64,000 bases of DNA from Spirochaetia bacterium (GCA_963666985.2 CAXXIA010000001.1:1-64000); one strand, 5' to 3'. Shown: positions 20,490-30,822, counted from the stretch's first letter. The notes: generated by a model from the sequence alone, not told the origin. A program made the numbers and translations.

Positions 20490-23400
20490 TTATGGTTCAT
20501 AGACGATTCCATAGGTTTCGTAGAACCAGCGTAAGTAGGGATAGCCGCTGTTGATCGGCGTACCGGTGTCGATGTTCCAGATTGAAGTAAAATTCCAATT
20601 GGTGTCGTAATTCGCCGCGTCCTGCATTTCCACGGCCGTCATCGGATACCCCTCGGTTGAATTTCCGCCCGTAGAGGAATTACTGCGGTAGTAACAATTG
20701 GAAACAGCTGAGGTATTGGTGATAAACAGGCAGTTGTAGGTTAGGTCGCCGCCGACGACGCCCCCATAATAACAGGTTTCGACGGATCCGGTATTGTCGT
20801 AGACCAATCCGCCGTTCGCGGTAACGGTCCCGTCGACGTTCCCGACCGCGTAGCAGTCCAGGATCGCCCCGGAGTTTATGCCGATCAACCCGCCGACGGT
20901 GCCGTCGCCCCACAAATCCCCGGCCGCGTAGCACTCGTTGGATGAGCATTCCTCGCTGTACCCCACCAGGCCGCCGGTGACCGAGTTTCCGGAGACATCC
21001 CCGGCTGCGAAGCAGCGGTATAGGGTTGATGTTCCCGTGCCGGCATTCAGGTTGTATCCCACCAAACCGCCGTTGTAGTTCCAGCCGTTCACCTCGCCGA
21101 GGGCGTAACAGCTCGTGACGGACAGGTCTCCGCTGCTCGAATTCTCATTCGCGCCGATCAGTCCGCCGATGTACGACTTGTCGTTGACGGCGGTCACGTC
21201 GCCCGCGGCGGAACAGTTCTCGATGGTGAGGGAACCCGCGGTCAGGTTTTCGTTGGTTCCGATCAGCCCCCCGATTCCACTGTCCGTATTGTATCCGCCG
21301 ACTGTGACGGAGCCGGTGACGCTGCAGTCGCTGATGGTGGATGCCGAAGTGGTGTAGTTGTAGTAATAGCCCACCAGGCCGCCGACGCTGCTCGACTCGT
21401 CACAGATAACGCCGCCGGTCACCTCGCAGCCGGTTATGGGCACGCCCCGAGCGCACCCGATCAGTCCTCCGATATTGTTGCCGTCGCCGTAGACGACTCC
21501 GGCGACGGTGCAGTCCTCCACCGAGCCGCTGTAATGATTGAACAATCCGATCAGGCCGCCGACGTTGCCCGAGGTGCCGGTGACATTTCCATTCACCGTA
21601 CAGTTCGTGACATCGTCGCCGACATAGCACTGCCCGACGATGCCGCCGACGTAAGACGTGCCCGTTACGTTGCCGTTCACGGTGCATTGGTCGATGGCCG
21701 CCGCGTAGGAATGTCCCACGATTCCGCCGACGTTGCTTCCGCCCGTGATATCCCCGCTGCTTTCGCAATCGCTGAGGGTGCAATAGGGCGCGGCGTACCC
21801 GGTGATGCCGCCGACGTATGTCGCCGTACTGATGATTTCGACGTCCGTCTCGCAGTTTTCGTAAACGGTATCGTCGCTGTATCCGACCAGGCCGCCGATG
21901 CCGGTGCCCGTGCCCGCCGCCGTGATCGTTCCCGTGGCGCTGCAGTTCTCTATGGTGTTGATGTAGGAATATCCCGCGAGCATGCCGACGTAAGTGCCGC
22001 CGGAGCTCGAGATGGTCCCGTCGACATTAAGGTCGTAGATTTCTCCGCCGCTGCCCACGGCTCCGAAGAGTCCGATATAGTCATCGGCTGTGTTGATGTT
22101 GAGGCCGGATATTGTATATCCGTTCCCGAAGAACCGTCCTTCAAAGGGATCCGAGACCCCGCCGATGTAATCGGTCCACGCCCCGGTGAGGGTGATGTCG
22201 TTCAGGAGATAGTAATCGCCGCTCATGTCGGTGATTCCCGCAAGATCGGAGGAATCGGACATGCATTCGGCCCAGACCGCGTAGAGGGTTCTGTCGGCCG
22301 CCCCCATGGTGAAGGTATCGCCGACTTCATAAACGACGGTTGATGCCGAATTGACGGTATCCCATCCCAAGAGGTAATGATTGTCGACGATATTACCCGA
22401 GTAGCCCAGGCTGTCGTATCCCAGAACCGTAACCGTGTCTCCGGAGCCGTAGCCGACGGCGGCGGGAGGAGCCGCGGAGACATCGGTATTGGTGTTCATG
22501 TAGGTCAGCGTGTAGCTGAGCCACTTGGCGTAGAGCACCAGGTTCCCCGAATCCATGACGACCGATTGCCCCGGTGTGTAATCGGTTCCCGAGCCGTCGG
22601 CTTCGGTATTCCATCCGCCGAAGCCGTATCCGGATCGCGTCAGGTTTCCCGTATTGTCGGCGATAATGGCCGTCTCTCCGTATTCGACGATCTCGGAGGT
22701 CGGCACGGATCCGGAATCGGAGCCGTTCGCGTTATACGTAAGGCTGTATTCCACCAAGTCGCTGGCCGTTGAACGGGATTCGGATCGCCGACCGGATTCG
22801 TCGATAAGGGTGACTTTAAAGGTGTACACCGATCCTGTGATTGCCGAGGAGGGGTAGAAGTAACGGTTCTGCGAGGCTTCCGCGCCTAAAAGGTTCTCCC
22901 CGTCTGCCGGCGGGCTCGTCAGCGAGGAATCGTCGATATCGAAAGTGGCGGTCGTCGTGCTTCCAGAACCTTCGATTCCCCAGATAATCTCGATTGTCGC
23001 TATGTCTTCGTCGGTATCTTCCTGGGGAATCTGGAAGGCGATCATCGCTTTGTCGTTGTCCGTGGTTCCGCCGATCAAGGCTTCGGGCGGGTTGGGAGCG
23101 GTTTCGCAGGAAAATTCCAGCCTTTCATCGGGATAGGTACGGTTTATGGAGGCTACATAAATGCTTAAGGTGAAGCCCAAGGTTTGGTGTTCGGCTGCCA
23201 GAGTGGGATTTACGGGAAAGACCAGGGTTTTGTAATCGGAAATGGTCAGATTCGATTCCGGATCGTTTTCATAGAGGGTGCCGTCGTCGGCAGTGAGGGT
23301 GTAGGTTACGGCGAATTGCTGGGGATTGGCCATGTTCACCCGAATGATCGTTTCTTCGGCGGATGTCAGGTAATTAATGGCGCTTCCGTCGGAATCGAAG

Positions 23401-23543
23401 ACGGCTTCCCTCAGGCAGACATTGGACAGCCCGGTCTCCACGAATCCTTCCACATCGCCGTTCCAGGACGGATTTTCACAAGATGCCGCCAGAAGGAACA
23501 TCGAAATCAGGATTTCTAATCGATGATGGCAATGTTTTCCCAT
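20490..23543 (-). CDS. Large surface lipoprotein with InlB-B-like repeats and about 15 GLUG-like motifs
   Basis: Lipobox LLAASC. YNANG...GYGFGGWNTEADGSGT...LYAKW repeat. Many (V/I)GG(L/I)(V/I)G repeats; C-terminal INSGYPYL. Confidence 0.85.
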   Translation of the reverse strand: MGKHCHHRLEILISMFLLAASCENPSWNGDVEGFVETGLSNVCLREAVFDSDGSAINYLTSAEETIIRVNMANPQQFAVTYTLTADDGTLYENDPESNLTISDYKTLVFPVNPTLAAEHQTLGFTLSIYVASINRTYPDERLEFSCETAPNPPEALIGGTTDNDKAMIAFQIPQEDTDEDIATIEIIWGIEGSGSTTTATFDIDDSSLTSPPADGENLLGAEASQNRYFYPSSAITGSVYTFKVTLIDESGRRSESRSTASDLVEYSLTYNANGSDSGSVPTSEIVEYGETAIIADNTGNLTRSGYGFGGWNTEADGSGTDYTPGQSVVMDSGNLVLYAKWLSYTLTYMNTNTDVSAAPPAAVGYGSGDTVTVLGYDSLGYSGNIVDNHYLLGWDTVNSASTVVYEVGDTFTMGAADRTLYAVWAECMSDSSDLAGITDMSGDYYLLNDITLTGAWTDYIGGVSDPFEGRFFGNGYTISGLNINTADDYIGLFGAVGSGGEIYDLNVDGTISSSGGTYVGMLAGYSYINTIENCSATGTITAAGTGTGIGGLVGYSDDTVYENCETDVEIISTATYVGGITGYAAPYCTLSDCESSGDITGGSNVGGIVGHSYAAAIDQCTVNGNVTGTSYVGGIVGQCYVGDDVTNCTVNGNVTGTSGNVGGLIGLFNHYSGSVEDCTVAGVVYGDGNNIGGLIGCARGVPITGCEVTGGVICDESSSVGGLVGYYYNYTTSASTISDCSVTGSVTVGGYNTDSGIGGLIGTNENLTAGSLTIENCSAAGDVTAVNDKSYIGGLIGANENSSSGDLSVTSCYALGEVNGWNYNGGLVGYNLNAGTGTSTLYRCFAAGDVSGNSVTGGLVGYSEECSSNECYAAGDLWGDGTVGGLIGINSGAILDCYAVGNVDGTVTANGGLVYDNTGSVETCYYGGVVGGDLTYNCLFITNTSAVSNCYYRSNSSTGGNSTEGYPMTAVEMQDAANYDTNWNFTSIWNIDTGTPINSGYPYLRWFYETYGIVYEP

Positions 23544-23839
23544 AATATCCGCCCGAAAGATTATAGTTTTGCTTTTTATAATGGGACTATCAGCAGCCGG
23601 TCTCTCGGAATGAGCCTTTCATTAATCAGTTGAGGGACAGTTATTTACCGGCGTAAATATCATAAACTAATATATATCATGCTTACTTTTCCATATCCAG
23701 GTTTATTCTAAAAACCATGAAAAATATCCGCTGGTAGAAGAAGCGGGATGCGTTGCTTGGAAATCGGGGGAGAACACGTTCGGTGCCCGCTGCCGGACCG
23801 GAGCGACAGGAGGCCGGGGAATCTGTTTCCGAATCGGCC

Positions 23840-25066
23840 CTATTCCGTTATCGGCCGCATATTGTAGTTGATTTCATCGGAAGAGTCTTTTTGTACGAAG
23901 CACTCGGTAAATCTGTTTCTGCCGTTATGTTTTGATTTATAGAGAGCCTGATCGGCCAGATCGATCATGTGTTCTATCGTTTGGAAGGTTTTTTCCGATT
24001 TCGGCGGAATGGATATAACACCCCCGGAAACGGATGCCGAAATAACACTGGTTTTAAGGTTGAAATCTTTACCGGATATTTCTTTTTTTATCCTATCGGT
24101 AAGATTGCGTATGGCATTGTCATATGTATGCCGGAGTAAAAGAAGAAATTCTTCTCCTCCCCATCGGATGAAAACATCTTCGGATCGGATGATTTTTTTT
24201 ATTCTCTCGCTGAACTCCTGAAGAAAAAGATCGCCGATTTCATGTCCGTATTTATCATTTATTTTCTTAAAATAATCGATATCGAGCAGCATGAGACCGT
24301 ATCGATCATTCGGTTTTTTATCGGATGTCCGTCTATCGGACGAAACCTGCGACTCTTCGCATTCTTTAATGAAATCCCGCAATTCTTCTTTCATGATGCA
24401 GTCGAAATACAGACGGTTTTTAAGTCCCGTCAGAAAATCCGTCATGGAGAGTTCTTCGATTTTCCGCTGCTTCAAGAAATTGTTTCGTGAATTGAATTGA
24501 ATGATGCCCGCGGTAAAAACCCCGGCAATAATCATGAGGAACAGCAGGACTCCTTTGATGATAACAACATTCATATCCGCATCCACATACGCAGCTTCAA
24601 CCCAGATCGCCGGTATCAGGATAACGATGCTGACAATAGAGGAAAGGAGAACCGTGGCTTTCCCGGTTCCGTAAAAAAAGAGAAGAGCAATCATCAGGCC
24701 GTAAAAATAGGCGCTTGGGTATCGGCTCTCCCGGACTAAATAATTCATTGCAATAATGCCCGCGGAACCGACCACTTCAACGATTGCCAGGTAATAGTAA
24801 GCAAGCTTTTCATAATAATGCGTATACGACAAAGCCAGAAGAATGAGGATTACAGGTGCGAAAACCCCGCAGCGAATAAGAAGAAAAGAGGAATAATAAT
24901 CCCGAAACAGGATGGAATCGAGATATAAAAAATGTGTATAGAAGGCCAAGCCCATCAGAATCAATATTCTGATTTCTTTCGGGTTATGCGTGCTTAGGAT
25001 AAACTGCTTTTCCATCTCTTTATCGGGAAAGCCGAAAAGCGTGAACTTCAGTTCTTTGGATTTCAT
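23840..25066 (-). CDS. Membrane-anchored diguanylate cyclase (GGDEF)
   Basis: About 6 TM, then DFLTGLKNR, DIDYFKKIND, RWGGEEF and ADQALYKSKHNGRN motifs. Confidence 0.92.
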   Translation of the reverse strand: MKSKELKFTLFGFPDKEMEKQFILSTHNPKEIRILILMGLAFYTHFLYLDSILFRDYYSSFLLIRCGVFAPVILILLALSYTHYYEKLAYYYLAIVEVVGSAGIIAMNYLVRESRYPSAYFYGLMIALLFFYGTGKATVLLSSIVSIVILIPAIWVEAAYVDADMNVVIIKGVLLFLMIIAGVFTAGIIQFNSRNNFLKQRKIEELSMTDFLTGLKNRLYFDCIMKEELRDFIKECEESQVSSDRRTSDKKPNDRYGLMLLDIDYFKKINDKYGHEIGDLFLQEFSERIKKIIRSEDVFIRWGGEEFLLLLRHTYDNAIRNLTDRIKKEISGKDFNLKTSVISASVSGGVISIPPKSEKTFQTIEHMIDLADQALYKSKHNGRNRFTECFVQKDSSDEINYNMRPITE

Positions 25067-25177
25067 AATCAAACTGTAATTTGCCCTTTTGTGCTTTTCA
25101 AGAATGAGTTGCCGTCCGAGGGGGCGGTCTTAATCACAGTCTTGCGATGACTCGGGTGAAATCGTATGATCCGCTCC

Positions 25178-26086
25178 ATGTCTTCACTGAAAAGTCTCTC
25201 CCCCCTTACCGTCGCCCGTGTCCGTTCCGGCGTGGTAACCGCCCTTTGCTGCGCCGTTACCGATCTTGATTCTTCTTTTTGTGAAAAGATTCCTTCGGGA
25301 AAGTACGCTCTGACTCTTTCCGGACCCGGAGGAATCAGACGCCGGATGTCTTTTGTCGAAGGACGGGTGAGCGAGACCTCCTACGGTATCGGCGACGCGG
25401 TTCTTCGCTTTTTTTCCGCCGAGGGTATGGCGCTGACCTTCGGCGGCGGCAGGGGGGCCGTTTTGCCTCTTCCCGCGGGGCCCCGTTTCCCGAAAGCCGT
25501 GAAGGCTTTCATGACTGTTTCGAAACGCGTCGGCGAATTGAGTTCTCGGCGGGATTTCGCCGATGAATCGGAGAAGCGTCTGGTAACCGAAATCCTCATG
25601 ACCGCCGCGCTTCGAGGCGTGGCCGAGACGGCCATGGCCGATTCCTGGACGGCGGCGAAATCCGCGGCGATGATGGAAGGAACCGTTGAGGTAGCGGTGG
25701 AAGGCGGCGGCCCGTCGGGGTGGATAAGACGATGCGGCGATGTTTGGGAATCCGGCCGGGGAAGGGCGGAGGCGAAGGCGAACGCCCGGCTGGTGTTCGC
25801 CGATTTGGATACGGCTTACGGCCTTTTTACCGGAACCGTGGCGGCGTTGAAGGCTCTCGGCCGGGGAATGGTTTCCATTCGGGGGAAAGTGCCGATGGTG
25901 CAGATTCTCTTTCCGCTGATGGACCGTTTCTCGGAGATTATGGCCTGGAGAGCTGAAGGAAAGGCCGATCCAAAAGCTGCCGGCGGAGCGGGAGAAAAGG
26001 GTTCCGGTTCCGCGGAGAGCGCCGGCGGTGCGACCGGCGAAACAAATCCCCGCGCAGCGAAAAATCCCGGGGAGGCCGCGAAATGA
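25178..26086 (+). CDS. SCP2 (sterol-carrier-like) domain protein with low-complexity C-tail
   Basis: SCP2-like segment (ARLVFADLDTAYGLFTG...ALGRGMVSIRGK). Its stop overlaps the next ATG (ATGA). Confidence 0.55.
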   Translation: MSSLKSLSPLTVARVRSGVVTALCCAVTDLDSSFCEKIPSGKYALTLSGPGGIRRRMSFVEGRVSETSYGIGDAVLRFFSAEGMALTFGGGRGAVLPLPAGPRFPKAVKAFMTVSKRVGELSSRRDFADESEKRLVTEILMTAALRGVAETAMADSWTAAKSAAMMEGTVEVAVEGGGPSGWIRRCGDVWESGRGRAEAKANARLVFADLDTAYGLFTGTVAALKALGRGMVSIRGKVPMVQILFPLMDRFSEIMAWRAEGKADPKAAGGAGEKGSGSAESAGGATGETNPRAAKNPGEAAK

Positions 26087-27318
26087 ATACAAACCGCTTT
26101 GAATCAAGTCAGAATCTTTACGAACGCGCCGCGGCCGTAATCCCCGGAGGCATCTACGGTTCGAAATCTCCGGGGTTCACCGTTCCCGCCCGATTTCCGT
26201 ACTATTTCACCGAGGGTTCGGGCTGCCGCATTAAGGATGCCGACGGCCGGGAGTATATCGATTACCTTTGCGGTTTCGGCTCCATGATTCTCGGCTTCGG
26301 CAATCCCGCCGTCGACGATCCGGCCATAGAGCAGATTCGCAAAGGTGATCTCTTAAATCAGCCGGCCCCGGCCATGGTGGAACTGGCCGAACGGCTTGCC
26401 GGACTGATTGACCGAATGGATTGGAGTGTTTTCGTGAAGAACGGCACCGACGCCACGACGCTCGCCGTTTCACTGGCCCGGGTTCACACCGGCAAGCCGT
26501 ATATTCTGATGGCCCGGGGCGCCTACCACGGTTCGGCCAACTGGTGTTCTTCCAACGATTATCCGATTCTTCGCGATAAGGACGAGGTGAAAACCTTCGA
26601 CTACGGCGATATTGAAGGACTTACCGAACTTTTTAACGCACATAAGGGCGAGATTGCCGGGGTTATTCTTACCCCGTATCACCATCAAACCTGGGCCGAC
26701 CAGATTATGCCTCCGAAAGGCTGGCACGAAGATGTCCGTGCGCTGTGCGACAGGGAAGAAGCTCTGTTCATCATGGACGATATCCGGGCCAATTTTCGTT
26801 TGAATCTTCACGGCTCTCATGTTCAGATGGGCGCGAAGCCCGATTTCGTCACGATGGGCAAATCATTGGCCAACGGCTATCCCATCGGGGTGCTTATGGG
26901 AAGTGAAGAGGTGAAGAAAACCGCTTCGGGATTTTTTATCACGGGTACTTTTTGGACTTCCACCGTGCCTTTCGTTGCAGCTTTGGCCTGTTTGGATGAA
27001 ATGGAACGGCTGGATGTCGTCTCCCACGTGAACGCCATGGGCCGGCGGCTTAAAGACGGGCTGATTTCGGCCGCCGCCGCTTCGGGATACCGGGTGAACT
27101 GTACGGGGCCCGACGCCATTCCCTTCATGACTTTTGCCGATGATTTCGATCTGTATCACAACCAGGAATTCAGCGCCCGTATGGCCGATAAGGGTGTGTA
27201 TCTGCACCCGCATCACAACTGGTTTCTTTCTTATGCTCATAAGGAAGCGGACGTGGATGAAACGACGCAAAAGGCCGCCGAAGCGTTCCGGGAAGTCAAA
27301 GAGACCTTCGGGGACTGA
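26083..27318 (+). CDS. Class III PLP-dependent aminotransferase (GSA-aminomutase-like)
   Basis: DADGREYIDYLCGFG, KNGTDAT, AYHG, FIMDDIR and MGKSLANGYPIG motifs. Confidence 0.88.
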   Translation: MNTNRFESSQNLYERAAAVIPGGIYGSKSPGFTVPARFPYYFTEGSGCRIKDADGREYIDYLCGFGSMILGFGNPAVDDPAIEQIRKGDLLNQPAPAMVELAERLAGLIDRMDWSVFVKNGTDATTLAVSLARVHTGKPYILMARGAYHGSANWCSSNDYPILRDKDEVKTFDYGDIEGLTELFNAHKGEIAGVILTPYHHQTWADQIMPPKGWHEDVRALCDREEALFIMDDIRANFRLNLHGSHVQMGAKPDFVTMGKSLANGYPIGVLMGSEEVKKTASGFFITGTFWTSTVPFVAALACLDEMERLDVVSHVNAMGRRLKDGLISAAAASGYRVNCTGPDAIPFMTFADDFDLYHNQEFSARMADKGVYLHPHHNWFLSYAHKEADVDETTQKAAEAFREVKETFGD

Positions 27319-27436
27319 TTTCGGATTTACTCCGGGAGAATCCCGCGCTCTTGCAGGATAAGGGTTATATCCGGTCGATCCCCGCCGGGGTTATCTCCGA
27401 CGCGGATCGAGCGCGGGGTGTCGGCTTTTAAGAAGT

Positions 27437-27757
27437 TCAGCCTTCTTCGGCCAGTTTGCGGGACTCTCTGAGAATGTCTTTCCAGAGGTTTTCATTAAAA
27501 TCGGTCATGGCCGCCCATTGTTTAAAGAGTTGACCGGCAGGCTCGAACGGTTTGGCCTGTCCCGAACTGATGAGATTTTTCACCCTTTTTTCCGTAAGTT
27601 TTACGATAAGGGCCCCGGTGGACTTATCCTTGCAGGCAATATAGGTATTGCGAACCCTTAAGCATGGAAAACCCATCATCGTGCCCGGTTGGGCTTCGCC
27701 CGAATCGATGAACTCGTCGGCGATTTTATCGAAAAGAGCTTTATCACTTTCCCCCAT
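27437..27757 (-). CDS. Small hypothetical protein (TfoX/YjbR-like)
   Basis: 106 aa with a GGAGGA RBS; MMGFPCLR...LIVKL...FKQW pattern. Confidence 0.6.
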   Translation of the reverse strand: MGESDKALFDKIADEFIDSGEAQPGTMMGFPCLRVRNTYIACKDKSTGALIVKLTEKRVKNLISSGQAKPFEPAGQLFKQWAAMTDFNENLWKDILRESRKLAEEG

Positions 27758-27887
27758 ACTGTTCCTCCGATAGAATCCCTTGCTCTGCGATTACTTTATT
27801 TCCCCCTTACGGCCGATTTCAAGCATAAAAAGGAAATAAGGTTGCAAATGCTTATTCTGTGCTACACTTGTTTTCGGAAGAGATTCG

Positions 27888-29249
27888 ATGAAAAGTGAAT
27901 CGAATTGTTCGGAACAGCTTGAAAAAGCCCTCCTGGACTTATCGCGGGAGCGTGATAGGTGCGGCAGGCTTCAGAATCTCATTGACCATGACTCCGAAAC
28001 GGGTCTGCTTCGCCGTCATATGATTATGAAGAGGATGAATATCCTTATCCAGGAAAGCACCGAACGATTCGCTTTCGGAATAATTCGCCTCGATAGAAAT
28101 TACCAGCGAATTCGTCATTCCCGCGACAGGCTGAAAGTTCTGCTTTATGTAACCGCCGAACGGATTAAGAGGGTTATCGGTGAAGATAATCTTTACCAAT
28201 CCGACCGTTCGGATGAGTTTTTGTTTATTCTGCCTTTGTCGAACACGCAAATCCCCATGGAAAGAACGATTACCGACATGATGGACGCGGTTCGGGAATA
28301 CCATAATCCGCCGGCCTCGGATATCTGCTTCGGATGCAATGTCGGTGTGGCGTTATACCCGGATCATGCCGAGACGCTGAACGAACTTGAGGAGAACGCC
28401 GAGATTGCTTTGGGCATCCATGAGGAAGTCCGATGGGGCGGTTTCTTGTATTCTCCGGAAATCGGCAGAACCTATCATGAAAACAACATGCTGGAATCCA
28501 TCCTGCGCAACGGTATTTTGGAAGGATTCCACGGATTTCATGTGGCTTATCAGCCGCTGGTGGATACACAAAAGAAAATCATCGGCTGTGAGGCTCTGAT
28601 GCGGTGGGAGGCGCCGGGGCATGGTTCTATACCGCCGACAAGGTTTATCCCTCTGGCCGAAAAGAGCGGTCCTATTGTTTATCTCGGGAAATGGATTCTC
28701 TACCAAGTGCTGGGACAGGTAAGAACTTGGAGGGAAACTCTTAATCCCGATCTTTTCGCATCGGTCAATATGTCTCTGGTGGAATTGGAGCAGCCGGACT
28801 GCGTTGAGACGATAGCCATTGCCATGAAATCTCAAAGGCTTCCCGGCAGCGCTCTTCAAATCGAAGTTACCGAGAGCGTCCTGATGGAAAATCCGGAAAC
28901 CGTCCGGAAAAATCTGCTGGCTTTCCAGGATATCGGGATTCGCGTGATGCTCGATGATTTCGGCACCGGCTATTCCAGTTTGGCCATTCTCAATACTCTT
29001 CCGGTGAATACTTTGAAAATCGCCAAGGAAATTATCGATAATTTTCCTTTCGATAAAAGAAGCGTGGAAATCGTTAAGGCCATCATGAGCATTTCGGAAA
29101 GCTTCGGATTCACCACATTGGCCGAAGGAATTGAGAAGGTGGAACAATACCACGGTCTTGTCGAAGCGGGCTGTAATGTCCTGCAGGGTTTCCTTTTCAG
29201 TCCGCCTTTATCGGCCGCCGGTTTCCGGGAATGCTATCTGGCGAATTGA
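27888..29249 (+). CDS. EAL phosphodiesterase with degenerate GGDEF domain
   Basis: YQPLV, EALMRW, EVTES, LDDFGTGYSSL, LAEGIE and QGFLFS motifs. The GGDEF position reads DRSDEF. Confidence 0.9.
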   Translation: MKSESNCSEQLEKALLDLSRERDRCGRLQNLIDHDSETGLLRRHMIMKRMNILIQESTERFAFGIIRLDRNYQRIRHSRDRLKVLLYVTAERIKRVIGEDNLYQSDRSDEFLFILPLSNTQIPMERTITDMMDAVREYHNPPASDICFGCNVGVALYPDHAETLNELEENAEIALGIHEEVRWGGFLYSPEIGRTYHENNMLESILRNGILEGFHGFHVAYQPLVDTQKKIIGCEALMRWEAPGHGSIPPTRFIPLAEKSGPIVYLGKWILYQVLGQVRTWRETLNPDLFASVNMSLVELEQPDCVETIAIAMKSQRLPGSALQIEVTESVLMENPETVRKNLLAFQDIGIRVMLDDFGTGYSSLAILNTLPVNTLKIAKEIIDNFPFDKRSVEIVKAIMSISESFGFTTLAEGIEKVEQYHGLVEAGCNVLQGFLFSPPLSAAGFRECYLAN

Positions 29250-29283
29250 TTTTTACGGCGATTCCGCCGAATCGTTTAATAAA

Positions 29284-29470
29284 TTGGCCGAATGTCGATT
29301 TTTTCTCTTTTTCAACAGCCTGTTGGAGGAAACTTATTCGACGTTCAGCTTAAACAACCTTTATATACTCGGCTTTTTCGACTTTACTCGGCCGCTTCGA
29401 CGAACCTAACGGGATCCGAATCGTTACAATACCGGCTGTAAGCAAACTAAAAAACTCGACATTCGGCCGA
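29284..29470. repeat. About 190-bp intergenic element bounded by imperfect terminal inverted repeats
   Basis: GGCCGAATGTCGA (29286-29298) is the exact reverse complement of TCGACATTCGGCC (29456-29468). Similarity extends inward for about 40 bp. Confidence 0.5.
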
Positions 29471-29511
29471 AATCATATCTGCCTTCGGAATACCGCGGCC
29501 GTTTCGGAAAA

Positions 29512-30294
29512 TTAGGAGAGGAGTGTGTCTCGTGCCTCTTTGAGCCTTCGAAAGCATTCGGCGTCTCCTCCCCGATCGGGATGGAACTCTTTTGAAAGCG
29601 TTCGGAAATTTTCCGAAACTTCCCGTCTGTCCACGCGTTTGCAGCGCAGGATAAGAGTCGAGAGAATCCTTGCCGTGTAGGTAGGCCGTCCGTCCGAGTC
29701 TTCAAGGGGCGGAATATCCCGATATTTAAGCGACAGGAGATTCAGATATTCACGCCAGGTTCGAAACCATTCGGTTTCTCCGTACGCGGCGTACATGCGT
29801 GCCTGCTTGAGTGTTTTCGGGTAAAGCCTGTTTTCCCAGAGAGGATTATCTCCGATTCTGTGGTGCTTCCGTTCGTATTCGGCGAGGATGCGGAGCGCAC
29901 GCCGGCGATGCTCGGGGAGGTTCCTCATTATGTCCATAATGGCTTTCTGCCGCTCTTCACGTCGATGTTCCATTTCTTTCAGCCATTCGGATTTCACCGA
30001 GAGAAAAAGCGGGAAGAATGGATCTTCGGGGAGGCCGTATGTTTTATAAAAGTCCGTCAGGTTTTCCGGCGGGATTTTCGCATCGTTGAGCAGCCGCCAG
30101 CAGCGGGGACTTATGCGGATTTTTTGAAGTTTCTCCGACGCAATGAATCGATCCCAAAGGAGTCGGTGAGAAGGGTTGCGCGTGAGCCCTTTCGGCTGGG
30201 AATCCAGGAGTGAGGCGAGAGTTCTGAATTTCCGCCGTTCATGCGCTGTCGGCCGTTTTGAATAGGATCCGGTTCGATTCGAGATGCGGTACAT
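29512..30294 (-). CDS. Protein with C-terminal J-domain (DnaJ-like)
   Basis: Ends ...FRTLSKEFHPDRGGDAECFRRLKEARDTLL (HPD motif). Confidence 0.75.
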   Translation of the reverse strand: MYRISNRTGSYSKRPTAHERRKFRTLASLLDSQPKGLTRNPSHRLLWDRFIASEKLQKIRISPRCWRLLNDAKIPPENLTDFYKTYGLPEDPFFPLFLSVKSEWLKEMEHRREERQKAIMDIMRNLPEHRRRALRILAEYERKHHRIGDNPLWENRLYPKTLKQARMYAAYGETEWFRTWREYLNLLSLKYRDIPPLEDSDGRPTYTARILSTLILRCKRVDRREVSENFRTLSKEFHPDRGGDAECFRRLKEARDTLLS

Positions 30295-30547
30295 TCCTAC
30301 ACCTATGGTGAACGTTCTGTGTTTTGGGAAGAATAATACACCGATGCGCAAATCCAAATAGGGATTAGGAGGAATGAGCCCGACTCCGCCCGGCGGCCGG
30401 GAAGAAGCCGGGGCTGAAAAAGAGTGGAAAAAGGGCTCTTGCGGCGGAATACAGGAGGGTGATTCGGCAAATCTTCCATTTTACCGCGGCCGATGATTCT
30501 TGCCCGCCCGTCGGCGCTCCCTTAGAATAGTGATGCGGGGGATGATT

Positions 30548-30817
30548 ATGGCTGAAAAGGACTGGATTGAGGAAATTAAGGTCCGCGGCGCCGAAGCGGT
30601 CGACAGGATTAAAGAACTTGTTGCCGAGGGGAATGTTAAGCGAATCGTGCTGAAGAAGGAGAATGGTGATGTTCTTTTCGAACTTCCCATGACGGCGGGG
30701 GTTCTCGCGGGAGGAGCCGTTACTCTCATCGCTCCTGTTGTTGCGGCCATCGGCGCGGCTGTGGCGTTTTTGGCTCATGTGAAAATTGAAGTCCACCGTT
30801 CGGAAGACGAGGAATAG
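30548..30817 (+). CDS. DUF4342-like small protein
   Basis: EEIKVRG...VDRIKELVAEGNVKRIVLK...ELPMTAG followed by a hydrophobic Gly/Ala stretch. Confidence 0.75.
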   Translation: MAEKDWIEEIKVRGAEAVDRIKELVAEGNVKRIVLKKENGDVLFELPMTAGVLAGGAVTLIAPVVAAIGAAVAFLAHVKIEVHRSEDEE

Positions 30818-30822
30818 GTTTT

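Noticed and set aside
20600..22200. CRISPR-like or DGR-like repeats in the GLUG region
   Set aside because: The repeats are degenerate, in-frame protein repeats. There is no constant repeat/spacer pattern and no cas or reverse transcriptase gene.
23545..23700. Cyclic-dinucleotide riboswitch upstream of the GLUG lipoprotein
   Set aside because: Small hairpins exist (TATTTACCGGCGTAAATA), but I could not match c-di-GMP-I or -II consensus elements. An Rfam search would settle it.
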